Positions 24,620-37,165 of a DNA stretch of 64,000 nt are shown one piece after another (position 1 is the first letter of the stretch; each line of letters starts with the position of its first letter). The position numbers and the translations under genes were made by a program. Below the pieces are notes generated by a model, which saw only the letters and a list, made by a program, of their open reading frames with translations, was not told the origin of the DNA and ran no database searches. Source of the stretch: the human T2T-CHM13v2.0 reference genome, Homo sapiens; assembly GCF_009914755.1 (NCBI RefSeq), contig NC_060929.1. The stretch is one strand, 5' to 3'.

Positions 24620-27600
24620 TAGAAGTAGAGAGGTTGACATGCAGATACAAGCAATCCAGAGAACTCTTGTGAGATACTATATAAGGTCACCATCCCCATG
24701 GCAAATAGTCAACAGATTATCCAAAGTCAATAAGAAAGAAAAATTTTTAAAGGTAGCGAGCAAAAAGGGTCATATTGCCTGTAAAGAGAAACCCATCAGA
24801 CTAACAGAACCCTTATTAGCAGAAGCCTTACAAACCAGAAGATATTGGGGGCCCACATTTAGCATTCTGAAAGAAAATAAATGCCAGTAAAGAATTTCAA
24901 ATCCTGCCAAACCGAGCTTCATAAACGAAGGAGAATGAAGTTTTTCCCAAACATGCAGTTTCTAAGGGAATTCATCACATCTTAACTGGCCCTCCAAAAA
25001 ATGCTTAATAGAGCTCTAAACATGGGAAGGAAAGAACACTTGCTCCCACAAAAGCACATGCAAGCACACAACCCACGGTCCCTACAAAGCAAGTACATAA
25101 TCGAGACTACCACACAACTAGCTAACAACACTATGAAAGGAACAAAGCCTAATATTTCAATATTAATCTTGAAGACAAATAGCCTAAATGCTCCACTTAC
25201 AAGACATAAAGTTGCAAATTGGATTAAAAACAAAACAGACACATTCTTCTGCTGTCTTTAAGAGACAAACCCACCTCACACATAATGATATGCATGGGTT
25301 CAAAGTAAAGGGATGAATAAAGACCCACCACACTACTGGAAAACAAAAAGGAGGAAGAGCTACTATTCTTAAATCAGATAAAATTAACTTTAAACCAACA
25401 ACAGTCAAAAATGACAAAAAAGCATGACATAATGATAAAGGGTTCAATTCAACAAGAAGACTTAACTATCCTAACTATATATGCACTCAATATTGGAGCA
25501 CCCGGCTTTATAAAACACTTACTTCTAGCCTTAAGAAAATACTCTGATAGCCACAAAATAATAGTGGTGTACTTAAACACCTCACTGATATAATTAGATA
25601 GTTCATCAAGGCAGAAAACTAAGAAATTATAAATTTAAATTTGACACTTGACCAATTGGACCTAATAGACAACTACAGATTACTCCACCCAACAACGACA
25701 GAATAGACATGCTTCTGATCTGCATATGGAACATACTCTAAGACTGACCACATGCTCAATCATAAAGCAAGTCTCAATAGATTTTAAGCAAAATTATATC
25801 AAGCATCCTTCTTGGACCACAGTGGAATAAAAATATAAGTCAATACCAAGAAGAACTCTCAAAGCCATAGAAATACATTGAAACTAAACAACTTGCTCCT
25901 GAAGAACATTTGGGTAAACAATGAAATCAAAGTAGAAATAAAAAGTTCTTTGAAACAAATGAGAATAGAGGTACAACATACCAAAAACTCAGGGATGCAT
26001 CAAAAACAGGAAAGTTTATATTGCTAAATGCCTACATCAAGAAGATAGAAAAATCTCTAACCACCTAACCTCATACCTATAAGAACTAGAAACATAGGAA
26101 CAAACTAAACCCAATTCTGTTTAGGATTTATGTTTTTCTGTTTAGGATTTATGTTTTAGGTTTTGAAGGATGTTCCTTTGATGCTTAGTTTGTTGAGAGA
26201 TTTTTCATGAAGAGATGTTGGATTTTATCAAATGCATTTGCTGAATTTATTGTTCAATGGTTATGATCAAATCGTTTTTAAATTTAATTCTCTTTATGGA
26301 TGAATCATATTTATTGACTTCCATATGTTGAACCATCTTAAATCCCAGGAATAAAGCCCACTTGATCATGGTGAATTAACATTTTGATGTGCTGCGGGAT
26401 TTGGTTTGCTAGTATTCTGCTGAGGATTTTTCTATCTATGTTCATCAGGGATATTAGCCTGTAGTTTTCTTTTTCTGTGATGTCTTTGCCAGATTTTGGT
26501 ATCAGGATGATACTAGTATTATAGAATGAGTTAAGGAGGTATCTTTCCTCCTTGATTTTTTGGAAAAGTTTAAAAAGAAACTAAAGTCAGAGCAGAAGAA
26601 AATAAAATAAATGAAAGCACAAGAAAAGAAATAACTAAAATCAGAGCAGAACTAAATGAAATTGAGACCCCCCCAAAACATGCAAAGAATAAATGAAAAA
26701 AAAAAACTTGGTTCTTTGAAAGGATAAATAAGATTATTGATAGACTGCTAACTAGATTAAAAAAGAAAACAGAGAAGATTCAAATAAGCAAAATCAGAAA
26801 TGACAAAAGGTGACATTGCAACTGATCCCACAGAAACACAAAAATGCTTAGAAACTACTGTGAACATCTCTATGCACAGAAACTAGATCTAGAGGAAATG
26901 AATAAATTCCTAGAAAAAACACAATCTCTCAAGATTAAGCCAGGAATAAACATAAATCCTAAACAGACCATTAAAACGTTGAATAAGTAATAATAATAAT
27001 AAACCTACCAACCAAATAGCCCTGGACCAGATGGATTTACAGCCAAGTTCTACCAGATATACAAAGAAACTGGTACAAATGCCACTGAAACTATTCCAAA
27101 AAATCGAGGAGGAAGGACACCTCCCTAACTCATTCTATAATACTACTATCATCCTGATACCAAAATCTGGCAAAGAGAGAAAAAGAAAACTACAGACTAA
27201 TATCTCTGATGAACATAGATAGAAAAATCCTCAGCAAAATACTAGCAAACCAAATGCGGCAGCACATCAAAATGTTAATTCGCCATGATCAAGTGGGCTT
27301 TATTCCTGGGATTCAAGACGGTTCAACATATGCAAGTCAATAAATGATTCATCACATAAAGAGAAATTTAAAAATGATTTGATCATAGCCATTCATCAAT
27401 AAATTCAGCAAATGCATTTGATAAAATCCAACATCCCTTCATGAAAAATCTCTCAACAAACTAGGCATCAAAGGAACATCCCTCAAAACCCCCAGCCAAC
27501 AACCTACTGAATGGGCAAAATTGAAAGCATTATCACTAAGAAGTGGAACAAGACAAGAATGTCCACTCTCAGCACTCCGATTCAACTGGAAGTCTTAGCC

Positions 27601-27797
27601 AGAGCAATCAGGCAAGAGAAAGAAATAAACATCATTTAAATAAGAAAAGAGAAAGTCAAATTATTTCTCTTCACTTATTGATATGACTCTTCATGTAGAA
27701 AACTTTTCTGATTCCACCAGAAGGCTCCTAGACCTATTAAACAACTTCAGGAAAGTCTCAGGATATAAAATCAATGCACAAAAATCAGTAGTGTTTA
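24620..27797 (+). mobile_element. L1PA16/L1PB-like element: ORF1 C-terminus, ORF2 EN through RT; disrupted
   Basis: ORF remnants PIRLT..L.AEALQ.RR.WGP.FSILKE (ORF1), IMIKGSIQQEDLTIL.IYA.NIGAP (EN), [17 protein letters not shown]...I.LIPK (RT). Confidence 0.93.
26159..27490. repeat. Inverted repeat: arm 26159-26571 is the reverse complement of 27088-27490, spacer ~516 bp
   Basis: Hand alignment gives about 22 substitutions and 4 indels over ~400 bp, and the arms share copy-specific variants. Confidence 0.93.
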
Positions 27798-27865
27798 CTT
27801 TAAGTTTTTTAATGTTTAAAAATTTAAACATTTAATGTTTAAATGTTACTTTTCTAATGTTTAAA

Positions 27866-29799
27866 TTTTTATTTTTTGTGGGTATATACTAGGTATATAT
27901 ACCTATATGGTACATGAGATATTTTGGTACAGGCATGCAATATGTAATAATTACGTCATGGAAAATGGATTATACATCCCCTCAAGCATTCCTTGGATTG
28001 TGTTAACAATTCAAATATGTAGAATTAAATAATTATTGAGTATATATCTCCTATTGTGCTATCAAGTACTAGGTATTATTCATTCTTTCTAATTTTTGTA
28101 CCCATTAATCATCCCCACTCCCCTCCCGACTTCCCCTCTACCCTTCACTACCTCTGGTAAACATCCTTCTATTCTTTATCTCCATGGGTTCAATTGTTTT
28201 GATTTTTAGATCCCACAAATGAGTGAGAACATGTGATGTTTGTCTTTCTGTGCCTGGCTTATTTCACCTAACATGATGAACTCCAGTTTCATCCATGCTG
28301 TTGCAAATGACAGGATCTCATTCTTTCTTATGGCTGAATAGTACTCTATTGTGTATAAGAATGATATTTTCTTTATCCACTCATCTGTTGATGGACACTT
28401 GGGTTGCTTCTAAACCTTGGCTATTGTGAACAATGCTGCAACAAATATTGGAGTGTAGATAACTCTTCTATATATGGATTTCCTATTTCTTGAGTATATA
28501 TCCAAAGTGAGATTGCTGGATCATGTGATAGCTTTACTTTTAGTTTTCAGAGGAAGCTCCATAGTGCTCTCCACAGTGGTTGTATTAATTTACATTCCTA
28601 CCAATACTTGCAAGGGATCCCTTCTCTCCACATCCTCTCTAGCATTTGTTATTGCCTAATTTTTGGATAAAAGCCATTTTAACTGGAGTGAAGGGATATC
28701 TCGTTGTAGTTTTGATTTGCATTTCTCGGATGATTAATGGTGTTGATCACCTTTTCATATGCCTCTTTGCTATTTGTATGTCCTCTTTTGAGAAATGTCT
28801 ATTGAAATATTTTTTCCTATTTTAAATCAGATTATTGGAATTTTTCTATAGAGTTGTTTGAGGTCCTTCTTTATTGTGGTTATTAATGCCGTGCCACATG
28901 GTAGTTTGCAAATATTTTTTCTTATTCTTTGAGTTGTCTCTTCACTTTGTTGACTGCTTCATTTGCTGTGCAGAAGTTTTTAAACTTTATATGATCCCAT
29001 TTGTCCACATTTCCTTTGGTTGCCTGTGCTTGTGAAGTATCACTCAATAAATTTTTCCCTAGACCAATGTACTGGAGAGTTTCCTCAATGTTTTCTGTTA
29101 GTAATTTCATAGTTTGAGGTACTAGACTTAAGTCTTTAATCCATTTTGATTTGATTTTTGCATAAGGCAAGAGATAGGGATCAAGTTTCATTCTTCTGTA
29201 TATGGATATCCAGTTTTCCCAGCACCATTTATTGAAGAGAGTGTCTTTTCCCCCAACGTATTCCTGGCATCTTTATTGAAAATGAGTTCACTGTAGCTAT
29301 GTGGATTTGTTTCTGGGCTCTCTACTCTGTTCCATTGGTCTGTTTGTTTTTATGACAGTACCATGCTTTTTTGGTTACTATAGCTCTGTAGTATAATTTG
29401 AAGTCAGGTAATGTTATTCCTCGAGTTTTGTTCCTTTTGCTCAGGATGGCTTTGGCTATTCTGGGACTTTGTGATTCTATATAAACTTTAGAATTTTTTT
29501 TCATATTTCTGTGAAGAATGTCATTGGTATACTCATAGGGATTGCACTGATCTGTAGACTGCTTTGGGTAGTATGGATGTTTTAACAATATTAATTCTTC
29601 CAATCCATGAACATGAAATATCTTTTCATTTTTTGTGTCTTTTTCAATTTCTTTCATCAGTGTTTTATAGTGTTCATTGCAGAAATCTTTTACTTCTTTG
29701 GTTAATTCCTATGTATTTAATTTTATTTGTAGCTATTATTAATGGGATTGCTTTATTGATATATTTTTCAGATTGTTCATTGCTGGCATATAGAAATGC
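27866..29799 (-). mobile_element. L1MA1-3-type 3' part (ORF2 C-terminal half plus 3'UTR), antisense
   Basis: ORFs MKLDPYL.PY.KIKSKWIKDL and [30 protein letters not shown]; L1MA-type 3'UTR (ttttgtgggta...tacatgagat...caggcatgcaa). Confidence 0.93.
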
Positions 29800-29868
29800 A
29801 GTATACCCATGTAACAAGCCTCCACATGTAATCTAAATCTGGATCTAAAACAAAATTATAGAAAAAAA
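29796..29868 (+). mobile_element. L1PA16/L1PB-type extreme 3' terminus, probably the tail of the 24620-27797 element
   Basis: atgcagtatacccatgtaacaagcctccacatgta...atctaaaacaaaa. Confidence 0.7.
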
Positions 29869-30188
29869 CATACAGTGTAATTTTATTTATAAATATTCAA
29901 AACAATATAAAAAATACAATTTTAAAGATGCATATATTTATGAAAGGCTATAAAGAAAAGCAACAAAATGAATTAAACATTTCAAGATAGTTGTTCCTTC
30001 TGTAAGGAAGGGAGAGCCAAGTGATTAGGGAAGGATATGAAAAGAGTTTCCAGTTTCAGTAATACTTATTTCTTAATCTGAGTGGTGAGAACTTTGGTGC
30101 TAGTTTTATTATATTATTATCATTACTACTAGTACATGCATATTATATACTTCATATATATTACACAGTTAACAATTAAAAAGAAAAA
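29869..30188 (+). mobile_element. L1ME-type 3'UTR (old host L1 resumes)
   Basis: catacagtgtaa, aagaaaagcaa, ttcaagatagttgtt, tttcttaatctgagtggtg, A-rich end. Confidence 0.7.
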
Positions 30189-32719
30189 CATAGGTAAGAA
30201 GCATATTTTAGTATGAATTAAATGTTATGAAGCACCAGTTTTCCTTCTATAATAACTGCATAATTACCAAGAACAAGAGCTACAAAGGCACTTTTGTATA
30301 GGTAATTTGATGAATACGAAGAATAAGATCTTTAAGTGTAAAATACAGTTATGACAAAATCCAATCAGGCTGGCCATATATTGGGCTTGCTTCTTGTACC
30401 TAGATAGGGCCAATATTAATTGCCTAAGGAATATCTCAGGTGCTATTACTCAAACTATCCCAAAGAATTTAATAAACTATCTACTAAGAGGCTGGTAGTC
30501 CTGAAGGTTTTCAGTGGATAAGGTAGCATCTCTGTTTAGCCAGGCAGCAGTACTATCTGAAGCTACTGTGTGGCCCCATCCCCAGGCTTTCTAACATTTC
30601 TTGTATTAAGGTTTCCGGCCTCACAGGCTGGGGACACCAAGGAACTTGATCTCACCTCAGTGTGCCTCAAGGCAGAGGTCTGTTTTTTTCCCTTTTGGGC
30701 ATTCAGTATTTTGAGTAAATTCAACTCCAAACCTGCTTTCTCATCTTCCCTTTTCTTAGGCTTTTTTTCTCCTATACCAACTGGGTTTGACACTACATCA
30801 TATTCCTCTGCCTTCCTTCAGCTTGGTCAGGTTTGGGCTGTGTCTGCTCAGAAATATAGAGGGGCAAAACCTACCTGTGGCTTTAAGGCCTAACTTGGCT
30901 CTGCCTCTCCAGGTCCCAGCGAAGGGCCACTTAAATTACCTCTCCATTCTCATGATCTGAGTGCAGAGATTACTAACAAATTGTGATGCTTTTTTTCATT
31001 AAGAAAATAGATTTGCCCTCCACTTAACATTGTTCATCTAATGTCACGCTACTTTCTATAAGGTTCTTTTATTTTCTATATTATTTATCCATATTTTACT
31101 AGGGTGGTAAGGGAAAAGAAAAACAACCCCTTTCCTATCATGCATTTACTTTCCGCAAGCAGAATTTGCAGAAACCAAGACCAGAAGTCAGAATTCAAAC
31201 GGACCAGAACTATTCCAAGGCTTTCAAAGTCCCTGAATATGTCGTCAGTTCCTCCCCTACAACTCAGTTCAAAAACGACAGTTTATCATTAACAAAATTA
31301 GATCTGAAGTAGAGCCATCTAATTCTTCGGTAGTATTTCTCCCAATTCCATTTCATTTCAGTATTCTTAGAAACCATGGATCATCCTGGAAACTAAAAGT
31401 TTTCAAATCCTTAGAGACTCATTTAACTATAACTTTCACACTCAGAACTCCACCTGGTCAGATGTATTCTCTTATGCATCTTAAAGCAGGAGGTTAAAAA
31501 ATAGATAATTTTCTGGGCACATAAATAAGATATTTTTATCTCAATTGAATAATTCTGATTTTCTGTTTTGGAGGACTGATTGGTACAAGTAATAAGTCAT
31601 ACCTGACTATAGTTCAAACATTAGATTTACTGTCTTTAACCCTCATTAGCTTGCCCAAATCACAAAGCCTCAAGATTACAGCTGCCTATAAAGCACAAGA
31701 TTTAAAGCACAAATATTTACAAGAAAGTTATACAAAGTTAAAAAAAATCTAACACTGAAACAGTTTCCTTGGCTACTTTTTAAAGGGAAGTTAGTAAAGA
31801 ACTTGCTCTCAACTTGACTATTATTTTTGCCATTACCTACTCCCACATTAAAAATATATTGTAACTATTTAATTAATCTCGTTTTATAGTTCCTTGTATT
31901 TTAAAACATTCTAGAGATGCAGTCTGCTCACTGAGAGTTAAAATATTGTTCTGATGTCACCCCTCCAACATCTACAGCCTGGGCAATTATCCCATTTCTG
32001 CTTGGCATGAAGAACTGCCAGTCAAGGGCAGGCTCCAGGGTCCTTGGGCTTCTGCCATTCCTAGTGATCCCATCCCAAGGGGCTCTGTCTCAGACACTAG
32101 CTTCTACAGTTTCAGTCTCGCTTTTCCTTGCCAGCCTGTCTTTTGATCTGGTGGTTTCCATATACAGTTCCTGTTGGAAAGTTTCAGGTGTCGCTTTCAG
32201 ATTGTATAGAGACTGGCAAAGCAACTAAGAAACTCAAAAAGTCAAGACTTTTTGCATTTTAATTCTTTTTCAATTCACGGAGTCAAAATACCCAGTGGCT
32301 ATGTTCCACCGAAGCAATTCCTGCCCCATTCGCAGACACAGAATTTTATAGTCCTGGGCCAAGAATGATCTGCTGTCACCCTAGCATTACAGAATCATTG
32401 TCTACTGCAGTTTATCTAAAATTCTCTATATTAACCTATAAATTAGGATCAACGTCTTTTCATCAATGCCATAGCAGATATTAATCTGTGTGGTTATCAC
32501 AACAGGACTGTGATGTGACTGATGTAAAAGACATGCCAAATGACACAGTAAAATTTTGTTATGCAAATGGTTTCACAAAGTAGGAGAAAACATAATGTGC
32601 CCCCAGGCAGAGGATTGGCTCCAGAATACCTCAGAAATAAATCTGGAAAGATGAGTAGGAGTTAGTATAAAGCTAGTGGGAATAATGATGCATATGACTT
32701 AAGTGAGTAGATGTATCAA

Positions 32720-33340
32720 AGTGTCCTTTAAGAGATAAGGTTGGTGGAGAACAAGTGTAACTTCTATTTTTAATATGTTGCTTAAGTGTCTTCTTACACC
32801 AATTGAAACTGGTTGCTCCCTAAGCCTGCTGTGTTGCCATTCTGCTGGAAATACTCCGTTCTCACCTCTGTTCTCTGTTAGGATCACTGCTTTCTGTACG
32901 CCACTATGTTCTTTTTCCTTGATTTATCCCCTTCATCTGGGGGCATATATTCTTAAGAAGCTTCTTAAGACATGGTGAATAGACAGTACACAATCTGAAA
33001 CCTTTTGATATTTGAAATGATATTTCAAATATGGAAAGATATTTGAAAATGTCTTTATTCTACCCTCATATTTGATAGATTGGGGGCAGACATATATTCA
33101 AGTATCATTTGTTATCTCAACTCTTACTACTCAATTTGAAGAAGAGAATAGATTCTGAAAAAAATTTTTGTATGAAATGTTTTCTATTTTCCAAATGCTA
33201 TGAACCAAATATATTTGAAGAACTAGGCATATTTATAATTCTATAGTGGATGTTACTTTTCCTCAGTGTATTGAGGCAACCTACGCACTATCTTCTTGCC
33301 TCTGGTGCTGCTTTTGAGTCCAATGCCATCCTGATTTTCA
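32720..33340 (-). mobile_element. HAL1/L1ME ORF1-region remnant
   Basis: tgaaaatgtctttattctaccctcatatttgatag; tcttcttgcctctggtgctgct...gtccaatgccatcctgatt. Confidence 0.55.
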
Positions 33341-33650
33341 GGCGTGTATAGTTTCATCCACTTATTTATTGCTAATTTTCTCAACAGACAAATGCTGAAA
33401 TCTCAACAAAGCATATGTTTGCTTCTTGCTCACATGTCCGATGCAGTTCAATAGAAGCTTGCCTCCATCTGATGACCTAGGAATCTAGGCTCTTTCCATG
33501 TTTTAATACTGCCATCTCAACATGTGGCTTTCAAGGTCATTTTGACTGAGGAAGGAAGATGTGGAGAAGACTCAGTGGCTCCTAACTGCTTTGACGCAGG
33601 TATGTCACTTCTGTTCATGGTTCTTGCCAAAAAATGCAAGTCTCTGGATC

Positions 33651-33854
33651 CAGGGTTTCTGGATCTTGACCATATTGATATTTGGGCTTAGATACTGCTT
33701 TGCTGTGGGGGTTGTCCTGTACCTTGTGAGACATTTAGCAATAGCTCTGGCCTCTGCCCACTAGATGTCAGTAACATCCCCTACTATGATAATCGAAGAT
33801 TTCTATTGACAAGGTCCCTTGAGAGACAAAATTACCCATGGTTGAGAAGCACTA
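33651..33854 (-). mobile_element. MER20 hAT-Charlie MITE
   Basis: cagggtttct...tgctgtggggg..gtcctgt...catttagca...ctggcctctgcccactagatg...ggttgagaagcact. Confidence 0.88.
33755..33773 (+). promoter_or_regulatory. CTCF-like core motif TGCCCACTAGATGTCAGTA within MER20
   Basis: Fits the CTCF core CCACYAGRKGKCRS; binding is not demonstrable from sequence. Confidence 0.45.
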
Positions 33855-33987
33855 CCCTAACATAATTGCAAGGAAATCTTCCAGGAAAAGTTAAGAAACA
33901 CATGAAATGTTATATGATTGCTAATGTTCTCTGTCTCAGGAAGTTTCAAGTTTCCTTTTTCCTAGTTCTTCCATGTTCACAGTGAAG

Positions 33988-34335
33988 TGCGGGGAGACAG
34001 ATTTCCATGATGGCACCAATAATCCCTGCCTCCTAGAACTCATGCCCTTGTGTAAGTCCTTTTCCCTGAGTATGGGCTGGCCTAAGGACTTGCTTCTAAC
34101 CTAATTGTTAGAAGACTACAGACTATGACAAAGATGATGATATAGCGTTTCTATAATTGTGACTTCTGTCTTACTAGCTAACTCTTAATTCTTGGCTTTT
34201 ATGCTGTGATAAATTGAGTTGCCTTACTGGAGAAGCCTACAAGCAATGGAATGAGGATGGACTTTGGCTAACAGCCAGAGAGGTGCTAAGGTTCTCAGTC
34301 TAACAGTTTACAAATAACTAAATTTATAACTAACT
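33988..34335 (+). mobile_element. MLT1E-type LTR, 5' part (3' end at 37168-37231)
   Basis: ccctgcctcctag..ctcatgcccttgtgtaa..cc...tgggctgg...gacttgcttctaac; the distal piece ends ttgttacatagcattggataactaataca. Confidence 0.75.
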
Positions 34336-34369
34336 AAATAACCACCCCAGTTTTATTGGGATGGTCCTC

Positions 34370-37165
34370 ATTTTTCCTCCATGTTTGAAGGATATTTTCA
34401 CTAGATATACTATTCTAGAGTAAAAGGTTATTATTAGTTTTTTTTTTCCTTTAGCACTTTAAACATGTCATGCCACTCTCTCCTGGCCTGTAAGGTTTCC
34501 ACTGAAAAGTCTGTTGCCAGAGGTATTGGAGCTCCATTGTATGTGGCTTCTTCTCTCCTGCTGCTTTTAGGACACTTTCATTATCCTTGACCTTCAGGAG
34601 TTTGTTTATTAAATGCCTTGAGGAAGTCTTCTTTGGGTTAAATCTCTTGGTGCTCTATTACCTTCTTTTACTTGAATGTTGATATCTTCTCTAGGTTTGG
34701 GAAGTTCTATGATATATCTCTTTGAATATACTTTCTACCCCTATCTCTTTTTCTACTTTCTCTTTAAGGCCAATAACTCTTAGATTTCCCCTTTCGAGGT
34801 TATTTTCTACATCTTGTAGGTAGATACTCATTCCCTTTTATTCTTTTTTTCTTTCATATCCTCTCATCACTGATTTTCAAATAGTCTGTTTTCAAGCTCA
34901 CTAATTCTTTCTTCTGCTTGATCAGTTCTGCTATTAAGAGACTCTGATGCATTCTTCAGTATGTGAATTGATCAACTCCAGAATCTCTGCTTGATTTAAA
35001 AAAATAATTTCAATCTTTTTGTTAAACTTATCTGATAGAATTCTGAATTCCTTCTCTGTGTTATCTTGAATTTCTTTGAGTTCCTCAGCACAGCTATTTT
35101 TAGTTCTCTGTCTGAAAGGTCACATACCTCTGTTTCTTCAGAATTTGTCCTTGGTAACTTATTTAGTTTGTTTGCTGAAGTCACAGTTTCCTGGATGGTC
35201 TTTATGCTTGTAGATGTTCACTGGTGTCTGGGCATTGAAAAGTTGGGTATTTATTGTATTCTTCACAGTCTGGGCTTTCTTGTGGTCATCCTTCTGGAGA
35301 AGGCTTTCCAGGTATTCAAAGGGATTTGAATCCCAAGCCCAATAGCACTGTGATTTTTCTAGACCTGTAAAAGCACCTCCTTGATTGTCTTAGATAAAAT
35401 CCAGATGACCTCTGGATTACCAGCCTGATTCTTGTCTTTTCTCCTTACTTTCTTCCCAACAAATGGAGGCTCTCTCTCTGTGCTAAGGCACCTGGAACCA
35501 GGGGTGTGGTAATATAGGCACCCTTGTGTTCACCACCACTGGGACTATGCTGGGTCAACCTGATGTCAGCACAGCACTGGGTCCCACCCAAGGCATACTG
35601 TAACCGCTGCCTGGCTACCACCTATGTTCATTCAAGGCCGTGGGGCTCTATGATCAGCAAGTGGTAATGTCAGCCAGGTTTGTGTCCTTCCCTTCAGGAC
35701 ATTGTGCTCCCCCCGCTCCTGGGAAGGTCCAGAGATGCTCTCTGGAAGCCAGGGATTGCAGCAAAAAACCTTAGAAGTTTACCGATGTTCTATTCTACTG
35801 TGGCCAAGCTGGCACTCAAACTACAATGCAAAATCCTTCCTGTTCTTTCCCTCTCTTTCCACAGGCTTAGGAGCCTCTCCTTGTGGCCACTAATACCACT
35901 GGCCCATGGGGAATTCTGCCAGGCCACCACTGATGTTGATGTAAAGACCAAGGGCTTTTCAGTCAGCTTGTGGTGAATTATCCCACGCCTAGGACTCACC
36001 TCTCAGTGCAGTATTGGGCTCCCCTCTGGCCCAGGACAAGCCCATAAATGCTGTCCAATAGCCTAGGTCTGGACTTGGGGACACCAAGAGCCTGTTTGTT
36101 ACTCTACACCACTGTTGCCAAGCTGGTACCTAAGGTGCAAAACAAAGTCCTCATCACCTTTCCCTCTGCTTTTCTCAAACAGAAGGAGTCTTTCAGCATA
36201 GCCACCACAGCTGGGAGTGTTCTGGGTCACATCTGAAGTCAACTTATCTCAGAGCCAACAGCCTACGGCGTACTACCTGGATATCACTACTGGTTATTCA
36301 GGCCCCAATGGCTCTTTAGTAAGCAGGTGATTAATCCTGCCAGGACTGGGTCCTTCCTTTCAAGGCAGTGGAGTGACTTTTGGCCAAGGATGTGTGTAGA
36401 AATGTCATCATGGGCTAGGGCCTCGAATGGGAGTCTCATGACTCTGCCCAGTACCCTGTGCTACTGTGGCTGAGCTGGTATGCAAGATGCTAGACAAATT
36501 CCTCTTTACTTATTGCTCTCTTCTTCTTAAATAGAAGGAAGGAATTGCTTTTGTTTGAGAGATGTGCTGCCTGGGGTTGGGGAAGGGGTGATGCAAGCAC
36601 TCCCTTCGCTGCCCTGGCTGGTATCTCCTTAGGTCATGTGCCACCCTAGTTCACTGGCTCTGAGCCTAGCCCAGAACAAGGAGATACCTAGGAATTGTAG
36701 TCCTTGTGTCCTAGACTGCCTTTCAAGTTTACCTCGGACCCTAGAGCACTTCAGCCCCTGATGACAAGGTTTGTTCTTACCTCTGAGATGAGTGATTTCC
36801 CTTTGGCTAGGGCTGATCCAAATTCTCCTTCCCTGTGTGGGCGCTGGCTGAGTATGACTTTGCTCTCCACTGTGACAGGGCTGCACCGAGTTCAACCTAA
36901 AGTCCCCCAGTCACTGAGCTCTCCCTCCCCCAAGTGCACAGACTCTGTACCATGTAGCCACAGCTGGGGGGTTGGGAAGGGATGCTGTCAGCAATTCAAG
37001 ACTGTCTCTCCTGCCTTCTTTAATGCCTCTTTCAGTGACAGGAATTTAAAATCAAGTACTATGGTTCTTGTGATGATGCTTTTCCGTGACAGTTGTTTAA
37101 CTTTGGTGTTCCTGTGGGGGATGGTGAACAGTGTAGGCTTCTATTCTGCCATCTTGCTCTACCCC
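34370..37165 (-). mobile_element. L1MA-type (L1M1/L1M2) 5'UTR plus ORF1, 3'-truncated
   Basis: Minus-strand start ggggtagagcaagatggcagaatag; GC-richer 5'UTR; ORF1 remnant MTSANKLNK..TN..ETEVCDLSDRE.KIAVLR. Confidence 0.9.

Larger units (their letters stand above)
33345..33938 (-). mobile_element. MLT1J/K/L-type LTR, split by MER20
   Basis: gccatctcaacatgtggcttt, tatgtcacttctgttca, aattgcaagg. Confidence 0.6.

Noticed and set aside
24620-29799. Twin-priming inversion as the explanation of the opposed L1 halves
   Set aside because: The 5' segment lies beyond the poly(A) end of the 3' segment, and the two appear to be different subfamilies.
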